This document shows, piece by piece, positions 9,314-18,322 of a stretch of 32,000 nt of DNA. The notes beneath the pieces were generated by a model. The model worked only from the letters and a program-made list of their open reading frames with translations. It made no database searches and was not told where the DNA came from. A program made the position numbers and the translations under genes. The stretch comes from an uncultured bacterium (GTDB lineage: Bacteria > Fidelibacterota > Marinisomatia > SCGC-AAA003-L08 > D37C17). Location: NCBI GenBank assembly GCA_964400495.1, contig CAYNTS010000003.1:9750-41749 (forward strand). The letters run 5' to 3'. The number at the start of each line of letters is the position of its first letter. Within the stretch, counting starts at the first letter, position 1.

Positions 9314-10668
9314 TGTATAAAAAAATATTAATTGCCAATCGTGGCGAAATTGCACTTAGAATAATTAGAGCATGTCGTGAGATAGGTATTAAAACGGTTG
9401 CCGTGTATTCTAGTGCCGATGAGCTATCACTTCATACGAAATTTGCTGACGAAGCAATTTGTATTGGCCCTCCACAAAGTGCTAAAAGTTATCTAAATAT
9501 ACCTGCAATAATTGCAGGTGCTGAGCTTACCAATGCTGATGCAATACATCCAGGATATGGTTTTTTAGCAGAGAGTTCTGAATTTTCTGCAATATGTGCT
9601 GAGCATAACATTGCTTTTATTGGTCCTCCACCTGAAACGATTGATGCAATGGGAAATAAAGCACAAGCCAAAAAGACTATGGAATCAGTTGATGTACCTG
9701 TTGTACCAGGTTCAGATGGATTACTTCAATCTGTTGAACATGCAAAAGAAGTTGCATTAATTTCTGGGTACCCAGTTATGATTAAAGCGTCTGCTGGTGG
9801 TGGTGGCAAAGGAATGCGACTAGTTGAATCTGAAAACCAATTACAAAATGCGTATGAATCTGCTGAAACAGAAGCAACCGCTTCATTTAATAACGGTGAT
9901 TTATATTTAGAAAAATTTATTCAGCAACCCAGACATATTGAAATTCAAATTTTAGCTGACACCTTTGGTAATGTTGTAGCTTTGGGAGAGAGAGAATGCT
10001 CAATTCAAAGGCGTCATCAAAAATTAATAGAAGAATCACCCTCGCCTGTAGTTACACCTGAACTACGAAAAAAAATGATGGATGCTGCCATAAAAGGTGC
10101 ATCGGCAGTTAATTACGTTGGAGCTGGAACTATTGAGTTTTTATTAGATATCCATGGTGATTTTTACTTTATGGAAATGAATACACGTATTCAAGTTGAA
10201 CACCCTGTTACTGAAATGGTTGTTGGAGCTGATTTAATAAAACTTCAAATTCTCTCTCACGCTGGAATTCCATTGCCGGATTGGATGAAAGATATGAAAC
10301 TTCGTGGACATTCAATTGAGTGTAGAATTAATGCAGAAGATCCAAATTATAAATTTAGACCTTCACCGGGTAAAATTACTAGTTTTCACATGCCAGGGGG
10401 AATGGGTGTTCGGGTTGATACGCATGCTTATGCTGGGTATTCAATTCCACCAAACTATGACTCAATGATTGCAAAACTAATTGTTCATGCCCCAACTCGA
10501 AAAGAAGCAATTAAACGAATGATTGGTGCTTTAGATGAATGTGTTTTTGAAGGCATTCATACAGTTATTCCGTTCCAAAAACAAATATTAGAAAATGAAG
10601 ATTTCCAAAGTGGGAATTTTAATACTGGATTTTTAGAAACGTTTAATTACATTAAAGAAGAAAGATAA
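9313..10668 (+). CDS. accC: Acetyl-CoA carboxylase biotin carboxylase subunit
   Basis: N-terminus [34 protein letters not shown]-grasp GGGGKGMR loop. [15 protein letters not shown] motif. 451 aa. Confidence 0.97.
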   Translation: MYKKILIANRGEIALRIIRACREIGIKTVAVYSSADELSLHTKFADEAICIGPPQSAKSYLNIPAIIAGAELTNADAIHPGYGFLAESSEFSAICAEHNIAFIGPPPETIDAMGNKAQAKKTMESVDVPVVPGSDGLLQSVEHAKEVALISGYPVMIKASAGGGGKGMRLVESENQLQNAYESAETEATASFNNGDLYLEKFIQQPRHIEIQILADTFGNVVALGERECSIQRRHQKLIEESPSPVVTPELRKKMMDAAIKGASAVNYVGAGTIEFLLDIHGDFYFMEMNTRIQVEHPVTEMVVGADLIKLQILSHAGIPLPDWMKDMKLRGHSIECRINAEDPNYKFRPSPGKITSFHMPGGMGVRVDTHAYAGYSIPPNYDSMIAKLIVHAPTRKEAIKRMIGALDECVFEGIHTVIPFQKQILENEDFQSGNFNTGFLETFNYIKEER

Positions 10669-10673
10669 ATTAA

Positions 10674-11048
10674 ATGAATATACCCAATGATTTATTGTAT
10701 TCAAAAGATCACGAATGGATTAAAATTGAAAATGGTATCGCAACGATTGGAATTACAGATTATGCACAAAGTGAGTTAGGTGATATCGTATTCGTTGAAT
10801 TTCCTGATGTCGATGAATCATTTGATAAAGATGATACTTTTGGTACTGTCGAAGCAGTGAAAACCGTTGCCGATTTATTCTCTCCAATTTCAGGTACTAT
10901 CGTTGAAATTAATGAAACTCTAGAAGATGAACCAGAATTGATTAATTCATCACCTTACGAAGATGGATGGTTGATCAAAATTAAATGCAATGATACATCC
11001 GAATGTGACTTGCTTCTTGATTCTGATACATATAAAGGTATCATTTAG
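10674..11048 (+). CDS. gcvH: Glycine cleavage system H protein (lipoyl carrier)
   Basis: YSKDHEWIK start motif and lipoyl-lysine motif VEAVKTVADLFSPISG. 124 aa. Confidence 0.95.
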   Translation: MNIPNDLLYSKDHEWIKIENGIATIGITDYAQSELGDIVFVEFPDVDESFDKDDTFGTVEAVKTVADLFSPISGTIVEINETLEDEPELINSSPYEDGWLIKIKCNDTSECDLLLDSDTYKGII

Positions 11049-11050
11049 AC

Positions 11051-12382
11051 ATGCCATTCATTCCAAATATTGATGAAGTAGAACTTCTAAAAAAAATTGG
11101 AGTTACAGATTATTCTGAATTAGTTAAGATAATTCCGAAGAATGTCAAATTTGATACTGAATTAGATCTCAATAATTCAATATCTGAGTATGAAACATTA
11201 CAAAAACTAAACAAAATTGCATCAAAAAATAAATCTGAAAGTGATTTGATTTGTTTCGGTGGGGGTGGTGCGTATGATCATTACATCCCAAGTATTATAG
11301 ATTTCCTTTCAAGCAGATCTGAGTTTTATACTGCATATACTCCCTATCAAGCAGAAGTAAGTCAAGGTACGCTTCAATATTTGTATGAATTTCAATCAAT
11401 GATATGCGAACTTTCTGGTCTCGATGTTGCTAATGCATCATTATATGATGGAGCTTCAGCAGTCGCAGAAGCATGTTCATTAGCATTAACAGCATCTTGT
11501 AAAAACACAATTCTTCTTAGTTCAACAATTAATCCAGTCTATAAAAGAGTCGTATATACATATCTACAAAATCGAAATGTGAATATTGTTGAAATTGATG
11601 AGATGGATGGTTTAACAAATTATGACCAAATAGAAACATTTTTACCTGATTTAGCTGGTATTGTGATTCAATCTCCAAACTATTACGGAATAATTGAGAA
11701 TTGGCGTTTAACGAAAGATAAGATTATAGATTCAAAGGCATTGTTGATTGCTGTTAGCGATCCAATGTCTTTATCCATCTTAGAATCGCCCGGTATATGC
11801 GGTGCAGATATTTTTGTGGGTGAAGGGCAAACTTTAGGGATTCCGATGTCTTACGGTGGACCATATTTGGGTCTAATGGCTGTTACAAATAAATTAATGA
11901 GAAAAATGCCGGGGCGGATAATTGGTAAGACTACGGATAAAAATGGTAAGGATGGATTTGTATTAACGCTTCAAACACGTGAACAGCATATTAGAAGAGA
12001 AAGAGCAACGTCTAATATTTGCACAAATCAAGGGTTAATGGCACTTCGTTCAACAATTTATTTATCTTTATTAGGGAAAAGAGGATTCCCCAAACTTACA
12101 AAACTATGTTTTGAAAAATCTCAATATTTAGCATCGTCAATTTCAGAAATAGAAGGATATTCAATTCCTTATGGTAAATCTTTTGTAAAAGAATTTGTAG
12201 TAAAAACACCCATTTCAGCTAATAAAATTAAAAATTTGGCACTTCAATCAGGATTTATTATTAACTGTGTTGAAAATGATGAAACAGACTCTCTAATTTT
12301 ACTTTCTGTTACAGAAAAAAGATCCAAATATGAAATGGATTCATTCATTCAATTCTTAAAAAGTAATAATGCAAATATTTGA
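11051..12382 (+). CDS. gcvPA: Glycine dehydrogenase (decarboxylating) subunit 1
   Basis: MPFIPN... N-terminus, YTPYQAEVSQGTLQ motif and REQHIRRERATSNICTNQ motif are typical of the N-terminal half of the split P protein. 443 aa. Confidence 0.92.
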   Translation: MPFIPNIDEVELLKKIGVTDYSELVKIIPKNVKFDTELDLNNSISEYETLQKLNKIASKNKSESDLICFGGGGAYDHYIPSIIDFLSSRSEFYTAYTPYQAEVSQGTLQYLYEFQSMICELSGLDVANASLYDGASAVAEACSLALTASCKNTILLSSTINPVYKRVVYTYLQNRNVNIVEIDEMDGLTNYDQIETFLPDLAGIVIQSPNYYGIIENWRLTKDKIIDSKALLIAVSDPMSLSILESPGICGADIFVGEGQTLGIPMSYGGPYLGLMAVTNKLMRKMPGRIIGKTTDKNGKDGFVLTLQTREQHIRRERATSNICTNQGLMALRSTIYLSLLGKRGFPKLTKLCFEKSQYLASSISEIEGYSIPYGKSFVKEFVVKTPISANKIKNLALQSGFIINCVENDETDSLILLSVTEKRSKYEMDSFIQFLKSNNANI

Positions 12383-13112
12383 TAAGTTAGAAAAAATCCG
12401 TCAAAAAAGAGGTGCAGTATGTTTTGCACTATTAGACCCAGATGCAAAAAATGATTCCACTTTATTGGCTCAAATTGAAACTGTAAATAATTCTGATTTT
12501 GATGCTATACTAGTAGGTGGTAGCTTAATAATGGACAATGAGTTTAACACTCGTATCCAATCCATTAAAAATAATACAACATTGCCAGTTATAATTTTCC
12601 CAGGGTCATCAAAACAATTATCGGTGCATGCAGATGCAATTTTATATCTTTCATTGATAAGTGGCAGAAATCCACAATACTTGATAGGTGAACATATTGA
12701 ATCAGCACCATCTATATACAATTTAGGATTAGAAGCAATTCCAACAGGATATATTTTACTTGATGGCGGTCAAAGAACATCAGTTGAAATAATCAGCAAT
12801 ACAACACCACTGCCGATGAATAAAAAAGATATTATTCTTGCAACAGCTCTTGCTGGACAATATCTAGGCAATAAGTTAATATTTTTAGAGTCTGGAAGTG
12901 GAGCTGATAATCATGCTCAAATTGAATTAATTTCATATCTAGCAAAAACACTTTCAATTCCTCTAATGGTAGGTGGTGGAATTCAAACAGCAAAATCTGC
13001 TGAACAAATTAAGGATGCCGGAGCAGGTTATATAGTTGTGGGGACAATTATTGAGAATGGAGCTTCAGCTCAAGATCTTTTAGAACTAACTCGTGTTGTT
13101 CATACAGAATGA
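12369..13112 (+). CDS. Geranylgeranylglyceryl phosphate synthase family protein (GGGPS/PcrB homolog)
   Basis: TIM-barrel signature series: LLDPD, AILVGGS, IIFPGS, SLISGRNPQYLIG, LESGSGA, MVGGGI, IVVGT. This matches the GGGPS/PcrB family pattern. 247 aa. It overlaps gcvPA by 14 nt and xerD by 4 nt. Confidence 0.8.
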   Translation: MQIFDKLEKIRQKRGAVCFALLDPDAKNDSTLLAQIETVNNSDFDAILVGGSLIMDNEFNTRIQSIKNNTTLPVIIFPGSSKQLSVHADAILYLSLISGRNPQYLIGEHIESAPSIYNLGLEAIPTGYILLDGGQRTSVEIISNTTPLPMNKKDIILATALAGQYLGNKLIFLESGSGADNHAQIELISYLAKTLSIPLMVGGGIQTAKSAEQIKDAGAGYIVVGTIIENGASAQDLLELTRVVHTE

Positions 13113-14074
13113 GTAATTATCTTAAAAATAAAACATTTGATTTAAAAGATAATCCCCTTCACAAAAATGTTAAAAAATATTTAATCCATCTTCAGTTTGA
13201 TAGACAACTCTCTGCGAATACTATTTCTTCATATTGGAATGATTTACAGCACTACACTAACTATATTTACTTTGACTTAAATATTAAGAAACCACAACAA
13301 ATTACTCTTAGTCATTTGAGAAAATATATAAATACACTAAAGTATATCCCTCGGGGAAAAGATGATGAAGTTGATATGAAATCAACTTCAATTAGTAGAA
13401 TATTTTCTTCAATTAGAGGATTCCATCATTATTTGATTGAAGAAGGATTATCCAAAAAAGACCCAACATTATTACTGAAATCACCTAAAACACATAAGAA
13501 ATTACCTGATATTTTAGAAGTTGAAGAAATTGATTTATTGTTAAATTGTATTAATGTGAAGGAAAAATTAGGTTTAAGAGATAAGGCAATACTTTCAACG
13601 CTATACTCAAGTGGGCTTCGTGTATCTGAATTGGTGAACCTCTCACTCATTAATGTCAATTTTAAAGATGGTATAATAAGAGTAATTGGAAAAGGAAATA
13701 AAGAACGGATAGTTCCAATTGGTATGCAAGTTATTCAGGATTTACAAAGTTACATCGTTGAATTACGTCCAAAACTTGCTCAAAAAGGAAATTCTAAAGG
13801 GTATTTGTTTCTGAATGCAAGAGGTGGGCAACTTACTCGTATGACTATTTGGAATATTATACAACAAACTACATTGGTTTCAGGTATTAAAAAGCATGTT
13901 ACCCCGCATACATTTAGGCATAGTTTTGCATCCCATTTATTAAAAGGTGGAGCAGATTTGAGAATTGTTCAAGAGTTACTCGGACATTCAGATATTACGA
14001 CCACTCAAATATATACACACCTAGATAAACGATATTTAAAAGAAGTTCATAAAGAACATCATCCAAGAGGTTAA
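13109..14074 (+). CDS. xerD: Tyrosine recombinase XerD/XerC
   Basis: The C-terminal catalytic region HTFRHSFASHLLKGGADLRIVQELLGHSDITTTQIYTHL (R-H-R-Y family) follows the XerD-like HSD(L/I)(S/T)TTQIYTH pattern. The XerC versus XerD assignment is not secure. Confidence 0.85.
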   Translation: MSNYLKNKTFDLKDNPLHKNVKKYLIHLQFDRQLSANTISSYWNDLQHYTNYIYFDLNIKKPQQITLSHLRKYINTLKYIPRGKDDEVDMKSTSISRIFSSIRGFHHYLIEEGLSKKDPTLLLKSPKTHKKLPDILEVEEIDLLLNCINVKEKLGLRDKAILSTLYSSGLRVSELVNLSLINVNFKDGIIRVIGKGNKERIVPIGMQVIQDLQSYIVELRPKLAQKGNSKGYLFLNARGGQLTRMTIWNIIQQTTLVSGIKKHVTPHTFRHSFASHLLKGGADLRIVQELLGHSDITTTQIYTHLDKRYLKEVHKEHHPRG

Positions 14075-14076
14075 TT

Positions 14077-14709
14077 TTGCTATTACGTCTACCAGCTGAA
14101 GTACTTGTCATTTTAATCCCAGTTTTATTATTTTCACTGTGTTTTCATGAGTTTTCACATGCGTATGTGGCATATTTGCTAGGTGATGAAACGGCTAAAT
14201 ACAAAGGGAGATTAACGTTAAATCCATTGGCACATTTAGATCTATTTGGTACATTGATGATTTTATTTGTTGGTTTTGGATGGGCGAAACCAGTTCCAGT
14301 AAATCCATATAGTTTTAGAAATCCACGAACAGATATGATGAAAGTTGCGTTTGCTGGTCCAGCATCAAATATGATTTTAGCATTCATTGCTGGTTTAATT
14401 ATTCGATTTATTAATGCTTCTCATATTCCTGTCGGAGAATCATTGTCTCTTGCAATTTATTTTTTTACTTATGTTAATTTAGCATTGGCAATGTTTAATA
14501 TGATCCCAGTTGCACCACTTGATGGTTCTCAAATATTTGGTGGAATGATTTCTAAAAATAATCCTGACCTTGCACAAAAACTTCAAATTAATGGACCAAA
14601 AATATTAATGATAATTATTTTAATTGGTTACATAACACCATTCTCATTAATAGGAACAGTGTTAAGACCATTTATCACATTTTTCATGTATATATTTGCA
14701 GGATTATAA
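14077..14709 (+). CDS. Site-2 protease family (peptidase M50) membrane metalloprotease
   Basis: TTG start. HEFSHAY (HExxH) lies in TM1, and NMIPVAPLDGSQIF matches the NxxPxxxLDG motif. The protein is polytopic and hydrophobic, 210 aa. Confidence 0.85.
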   Translation: MLLRLPAEVLVILIPVLLFSLCFHEFSHAYVAYLLGDETAKYKGRLTLNPLAHLDLFGTLMILFVGFGWAKPVPVNPYSFRNPRTDMMKVAFAGPASNMILAFIAGLIIRFINASHIPVGESLSLAIYFFTYVNLALAMFNMIPVAPLDGSQIFGGMISKNNPDLAQKLQINGPKILMIIILIGYITPFSLIGTVLRPFITFFMYIFAGL

Positions 14710-14710
14710 G

Positions 14711-14845
14711 TTGAGTGATTCTAATGAAAAATTTGAAGAATTACGCCATCAAGGTTGGAAAAAAAACTTAACACTCAAAAACCTCTTTAAAAATATAGTA
14801 TTATTAGTCATTATTATTTATGTAATTATTAAATTTTATCAATAA
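14711..14845 (+). CDS. Candidate small tail-anchored membrane protein (44 aa), unannotated in the ORF track
   Basis: TTG at 14711, 7 nt after an AGGA (14700-14703), gives MSDSNEKFEELRHQGWKKNLTLKNLFKNIVLLVIIIYVIIKFYQ. This is a polar, charged N-terminus followed by one hydrophobic helix. It exactly fills the only gap between the M50 gene and the next gene. There is no homology evidence. Confidence 0.3.
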   Translation: MSDSNEKFEELRHQGWKKNLTLKNLFKNIVLLVIIIYVIIKFYQ

Positions 14846-14852
14846 GGATATT

Positions 14853-16526
14853 ATGAAGATTATTGAATGTGTACCAAATTTTAGCGAAGGTAGAGATGTA
14901 GCAATCATTAAACAAATTACGGAAGCAATCGAGTTGGTTTCTAATACACATTTATTGGATGTTGATCCAGGTGCAGATACCAATAGAACCGTTGTAACTT
15001 TTGTTGGCGACCCAGAAAGTGTAGTAGAGGGTGCTTTCCAAGGGATAAAGAAAGCATCAGAAATTATAGACATGCGTGAGCATACTGGTGCTCATGCTCG
15101 AATGGGTGCAACAGATGTATGCCCCTTTGTTCCTGTATCCAATGTAACAATGGATGAATGTGTAGAACTTTCAAAAGTATTGGCTAAAAGAGTGGGGGAT
15201 GAACTAGGTATTTCCGTTTATCTTTATGAAAATTCAGCATCTCAACCCGAAAGAGTTAATTTAGCAAATGTTAGGTCGGGTGAATATGAAATGATGTCAG
15301 AAAAACTAAAATTGGATGAATGGAAACCAGATAATGGTCCAACTGAATTGCATGAAAGAGCAGGGGTAACTGCAATAGGTGCGAGAGAATTCTTAGTCGC
15401 CTATAATATCAATCTAAATACAAAAGATAAAAAGATCGCAACAGATATTGCTCTAGATATTCGTGAAGCAGGACGCGCTAAGCGAGACGCAAACAAAAAT
15501 ATTATCCGAAATGCTGATGGAAAAATGGTTAAAGTTCCCGGATCCCTCAAATCAACCAAAGCAGTAGGGTGGTTTATTGATGAATACAATGTTGCTCAAG
15601 TATCAATGAATTTAACCAATTTTAATATAACTCCACCTCATATTGCATTTGAAGAAGTTAGAGAACAGGCACGCAAAAGGGGTGTGCGAGTTACCGGTAG
15701 TGAATTGGTAGGATTAATCCCATTGAAAGCATTGCTCGATGCAGGTAAATATTATTTACAAAAGCAACATAGGTCATGTGGAATTTCTGAAGCAGATATA
15801 ATCCATATAGCTATAAAGTCAATGGGACTTGATGAACTTTCTGAATTTGATTCATTGGATAAAATTGTTGAATATAGAGTTGGCAATAAATTTGGTGAAT
15901 TAGCCACAATGAAACTAACTGATTTTAATGATGAACTCTCATCTGAAAGTCCAGCACCAGGTGGTGGTAGTGTTAGTGCACTAGCAGGGGCATTGGGTGC
16001 AAGTTTATCTGCTATGGTGGCAAACCTAACCATTGGTAAAAAAGGATTTGAATCTTCATTTGACGCCATGAATCAGTTGGCATTAGTTGGACAGAAATTA
16101 AAAGATTCACTTCTACAACTAATAGACAAAGACACAGACTCATTTAACTTTATTTTGGATGCAATGAGGTTACCCAAAAAAACAGATGACCAAAAAAGTA
16201 AGCGATTACAAGAAATTCAAAATGCGACTAAAGAAGCAACCAAAATTCCATTTACTGTTGTTGAGCAATGTTGTGAAGTTATGGACTTAGCATTAGAAAC
16301 AGCTTCAAATGGTAATCCAAATTCGGTTTCAGATGCAGGTGTTGCTGGAGAAATGGCTTCTGCAGGTGCTCGCGGTGCAGCATTAAATGTAAAAATAAAT
16401 ACATTGGATATTACAGATTTAGAATTTGTGAAAGATATTCTTAATAAAACTGATATATTAATCCATGAAATTGAAGAAAAAATAATTACTTTACGCAAAA
16501 TAGTTGACGAAAAATTAAATAATTAG
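14853..16526 (+). CDS. ftcD: Bifunctional glutamate formimidoyltransferase / formimidoyltetrahydrofolate cyclodeaminase (FTCD-like fusion)
   Basis: The N-terminus MKIIECVPNFSEGRD is the formiminotransferase signature. The C-terminal ~200 aa with SPAPGGGSVSALAGALGASLSAMVANLT is the cyclodeaminase (FTCD_C) signature. Single uninterrupted 557-aa ORF. Confidence 0.88.
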   Translation: MKIIECVPNFSEGRDVAIIKQITEAIELVSNTHLLDVDPGADTNRTVVTFVGDPESVVEGAFQGIKKASEIIDMREHTGAHARMGATDVCPFVPVSNVTMDECVELSKVLAKRVGDELGISVYLYENSASQPERVNLANVRSGEYEMMSEKLKLDEWKPDNGPTELHERAGVTAIGAREFLVAYNINLNTKDKKIATDIALDIREAGRAKRDANKNIIRNADGKMVKVPGSLKSTKAVGWFIDEYNVAQVSMNLTNFNITPPHIAFEEVREQARKRGVRVTGSELVGLIPLKALLDAGKYYLQKQHRSCGISEADIIHIAIKSMGLDELSEFDSLDKIVEYRVGNKFGELATMKLTDFNDELSSESPAPGGGSVSALAGALGASLSAMVANLTIGKKGFESSFDAMNQLALVGQKLKDSLLQLIDKDTDSFNFILDAMRLPKKTDDQKSKRLQEIQNATKEATKIPFTVVEQCCEVMDLALETASNGNPNSVSDAGVAGEMASAGARGAALNVKINTLDITDLEFVKDILNKTDILIHEIEEKIITLRKIVDEKLNN

Positions 16527-18301
16527 TGGCTAAAATACATCAATTACCAACAAAATTAATTAATCAAATAGCTGCAGGTGAGGTTATTGAAAGGCCGGCA
16601 TCTATTATAAAGGAATTGATTGAAAACTCCATTGATGCAAATTCTACAAAAATAACTATTGATGTAGAAGATGGTGGGCAAAAATCCATTCAGATTTCTG
16701 ATAATGGAATAGGGATGAGTGCTTCAGAACTTGAACTTGCTTTTGAAAGACATGCCACCAGCAAAATAAATAATCAAAAGGATTTGGAGAATATTCATAC
16801 CCTCGGTTTTAGAGGAGAAGCATTGCCAAGTATTGCATCTGTTTCGCAAGTAGTTGCTCGTTCTGCTGCCAAAAATAACGAGGGAACTGAAATTGTTATT
16901 CATGGTGGAGAAACAAAGAGTATTGAACCAGTTGCTCATAATAATGGTACGTATTTTCAGGTTAAAAATATATTTTTTAATGTACCAGCTAGGCGAAAAT
17001 TTCTAAAAAAACCAGATACTGAATTCAAATTAATTACTGAAACAATTCGGAAATTCATGATAGCATTTCCAAAAATTGCATTTCGATTTACCAATAATGG
17101 TAAAGTAGTATTTCGAACACAATCTGAATCATTGGAAAATAGACTACAAAGTATTTATGGCTCAGAATTTTCAAATAATTTATTAGCAGTTAATCTTGAA
17201 AAAGAACCCTATTCTATTTCTGGATTTGTAGGTAATTTAACTACTCTTAGAAAACGTCCGGGAGCTCAATATTTAATTATTAATGGTCGCCATGTAAAAG
17301 ACAGATTATTAAACTCAGCAGTTTTCAGCTCATATAGATCATTGTTATCTCGTGGTGAATATCCATTTTTTGCATTATTTATTGATATGCCAACTGATTT
17401 AATCGATGTGAATGTACACCCGGCAAAATTGGAAGTTAGATTTCAAAATGAATGGCAAATTTACCATGTTATTAAATCTGCAACAATTACTGCTTTAAAA
17501 GATGTTCTATCTGTAATTCCAGATTTCAATCAATTTCAGCAACAATCATTTAATGATGAGGCCTCAACCTCACAGTTACAATTTCAAAATCAAAATACAA
17601 ACTTTCCGATTGAAAAAGCTCCTCGACCCTTAGCCAATTTAGATTCACACAACTCTGCAGATATTGATTTGAATAGAGCACATTCACGAGTTGAAACAAT
17701 GGTCAATACTGAAACTATTCAAGATGTAAATATAGCAAATAATACTATATGGCAAATTCATAATAAATATTTAATTACAGAAATACGTTCAGGGCTAGTT
17801 ATTATTGATCAACATGTTGCACATGAGCGGATTTTATTTGAGTCTGCTAAAAAAGCATTTGACGGACATGGATTACCTTCTCAGGCATTATTATTTCCTC
17901 AAACGGTTCAATTCCAACCAGATGAGTACAGTGCTTTACTTGATGTTATTCCGTATTTACATAAAATTGGTTTTAAGTTACGTGAGTTTGGTGAAAATAC
18001 AATAATTATCGAAGGCACACCATCAGATATTCACTGGGGTAGTGAAAGAGAAGTGCTGGTTGATATTATGGATAATTATTCACAATTCAAGGAATTAGAT
18101 GCATCATTTCTTGACCATATAGCATCCACGTATGCGTGCAAAGGTGCAGTTAAAGCTGGAGATGCACTTTCTCCTGAAGAACGTCGAAATTTGGTAGATA
18201 GATTGTTCGCTACTGAACATCCGTATTATTGCCCACATGGACGTCCAATAATTGTAAATTTATCTATGGAAGAACTAGATAAACGATTTGAGAGACATTA
18301 A
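16526..18301 (+). CDS. mutL: DNA mismatch repair protein MutL
   Basis: GTG start sharing a base with the upstream stop. N-terminal GHKL ATPase motif INQIAAGEVIERPASIIKELIENSIDA. The C-terminal ...CKGAVKAGDALS...YYCPHGRPI motif is typical of MutL. Confidence 0.95.
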   Translation: MAKIHQLPTKLINQIAAGEVIERPASIIKELIENSIDANSTKITIDVEDGGQKSIQISDNGIGMSASELELAFERHATSKINNQKDLENIHTLGFRGEALPSIASVSQVVARSAAKNNEGTEIVIHGGETKSIEPVAHNNGTYFQVKNIFFNVPARRKFLKKPDTEFKLITETIRKFMIAFPKIAFRFTNNGKVVFRTQSESLENRLQSIYGSEFSNNLLAVNLEKEPYSISGFVGNLTTLRKRPGAQYLIINGRHVKDRLLNSAVFSSYRSLLSRGEYPFFALFIDMPTDLIDVNVHPAKLEVRFQNEWQIYHVIKSATITALKDVLSVIPDFNQFQQQSFNDEASTSQLQFQNQNTNFPIEKAPRPLANLDSHNSADIDLNRAHSRVETMVNTETIQDVNIANNTIWQIHNKYLITEIRSGLVIIDQHVAHERILFESAKKAFDGHGLPSQALLFPQTVQFQPDEYSALLDVIPYLHKIGFKLREFGENTIIIEGTPSDIHWGSEREVLVDIMDNYSQFKELDASFLDHIASTYACKGAVKAGDALSPEERRNLVDRLFATEHPYYCPHGRPIIVNLSMEELDKRFERH

Positions 18302-18322
18302 TAGTGAAACTTGGAGTAATTT

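Noticed and set aside
13109-14074. Tyrosine recombinase as the integrase of a mobile element or genomic island
   Set aside because: It has the XerD-type C-terminal signature. It overlaps the upstream gene by 4 nt and is 2 nt from the downstream gene, both housekeeping. No flanking direct repeats, att-like duplication of the tRNA 3' end, or phage or transposon genes are visible. It is the chromosomal dimer-resolution recombinase.
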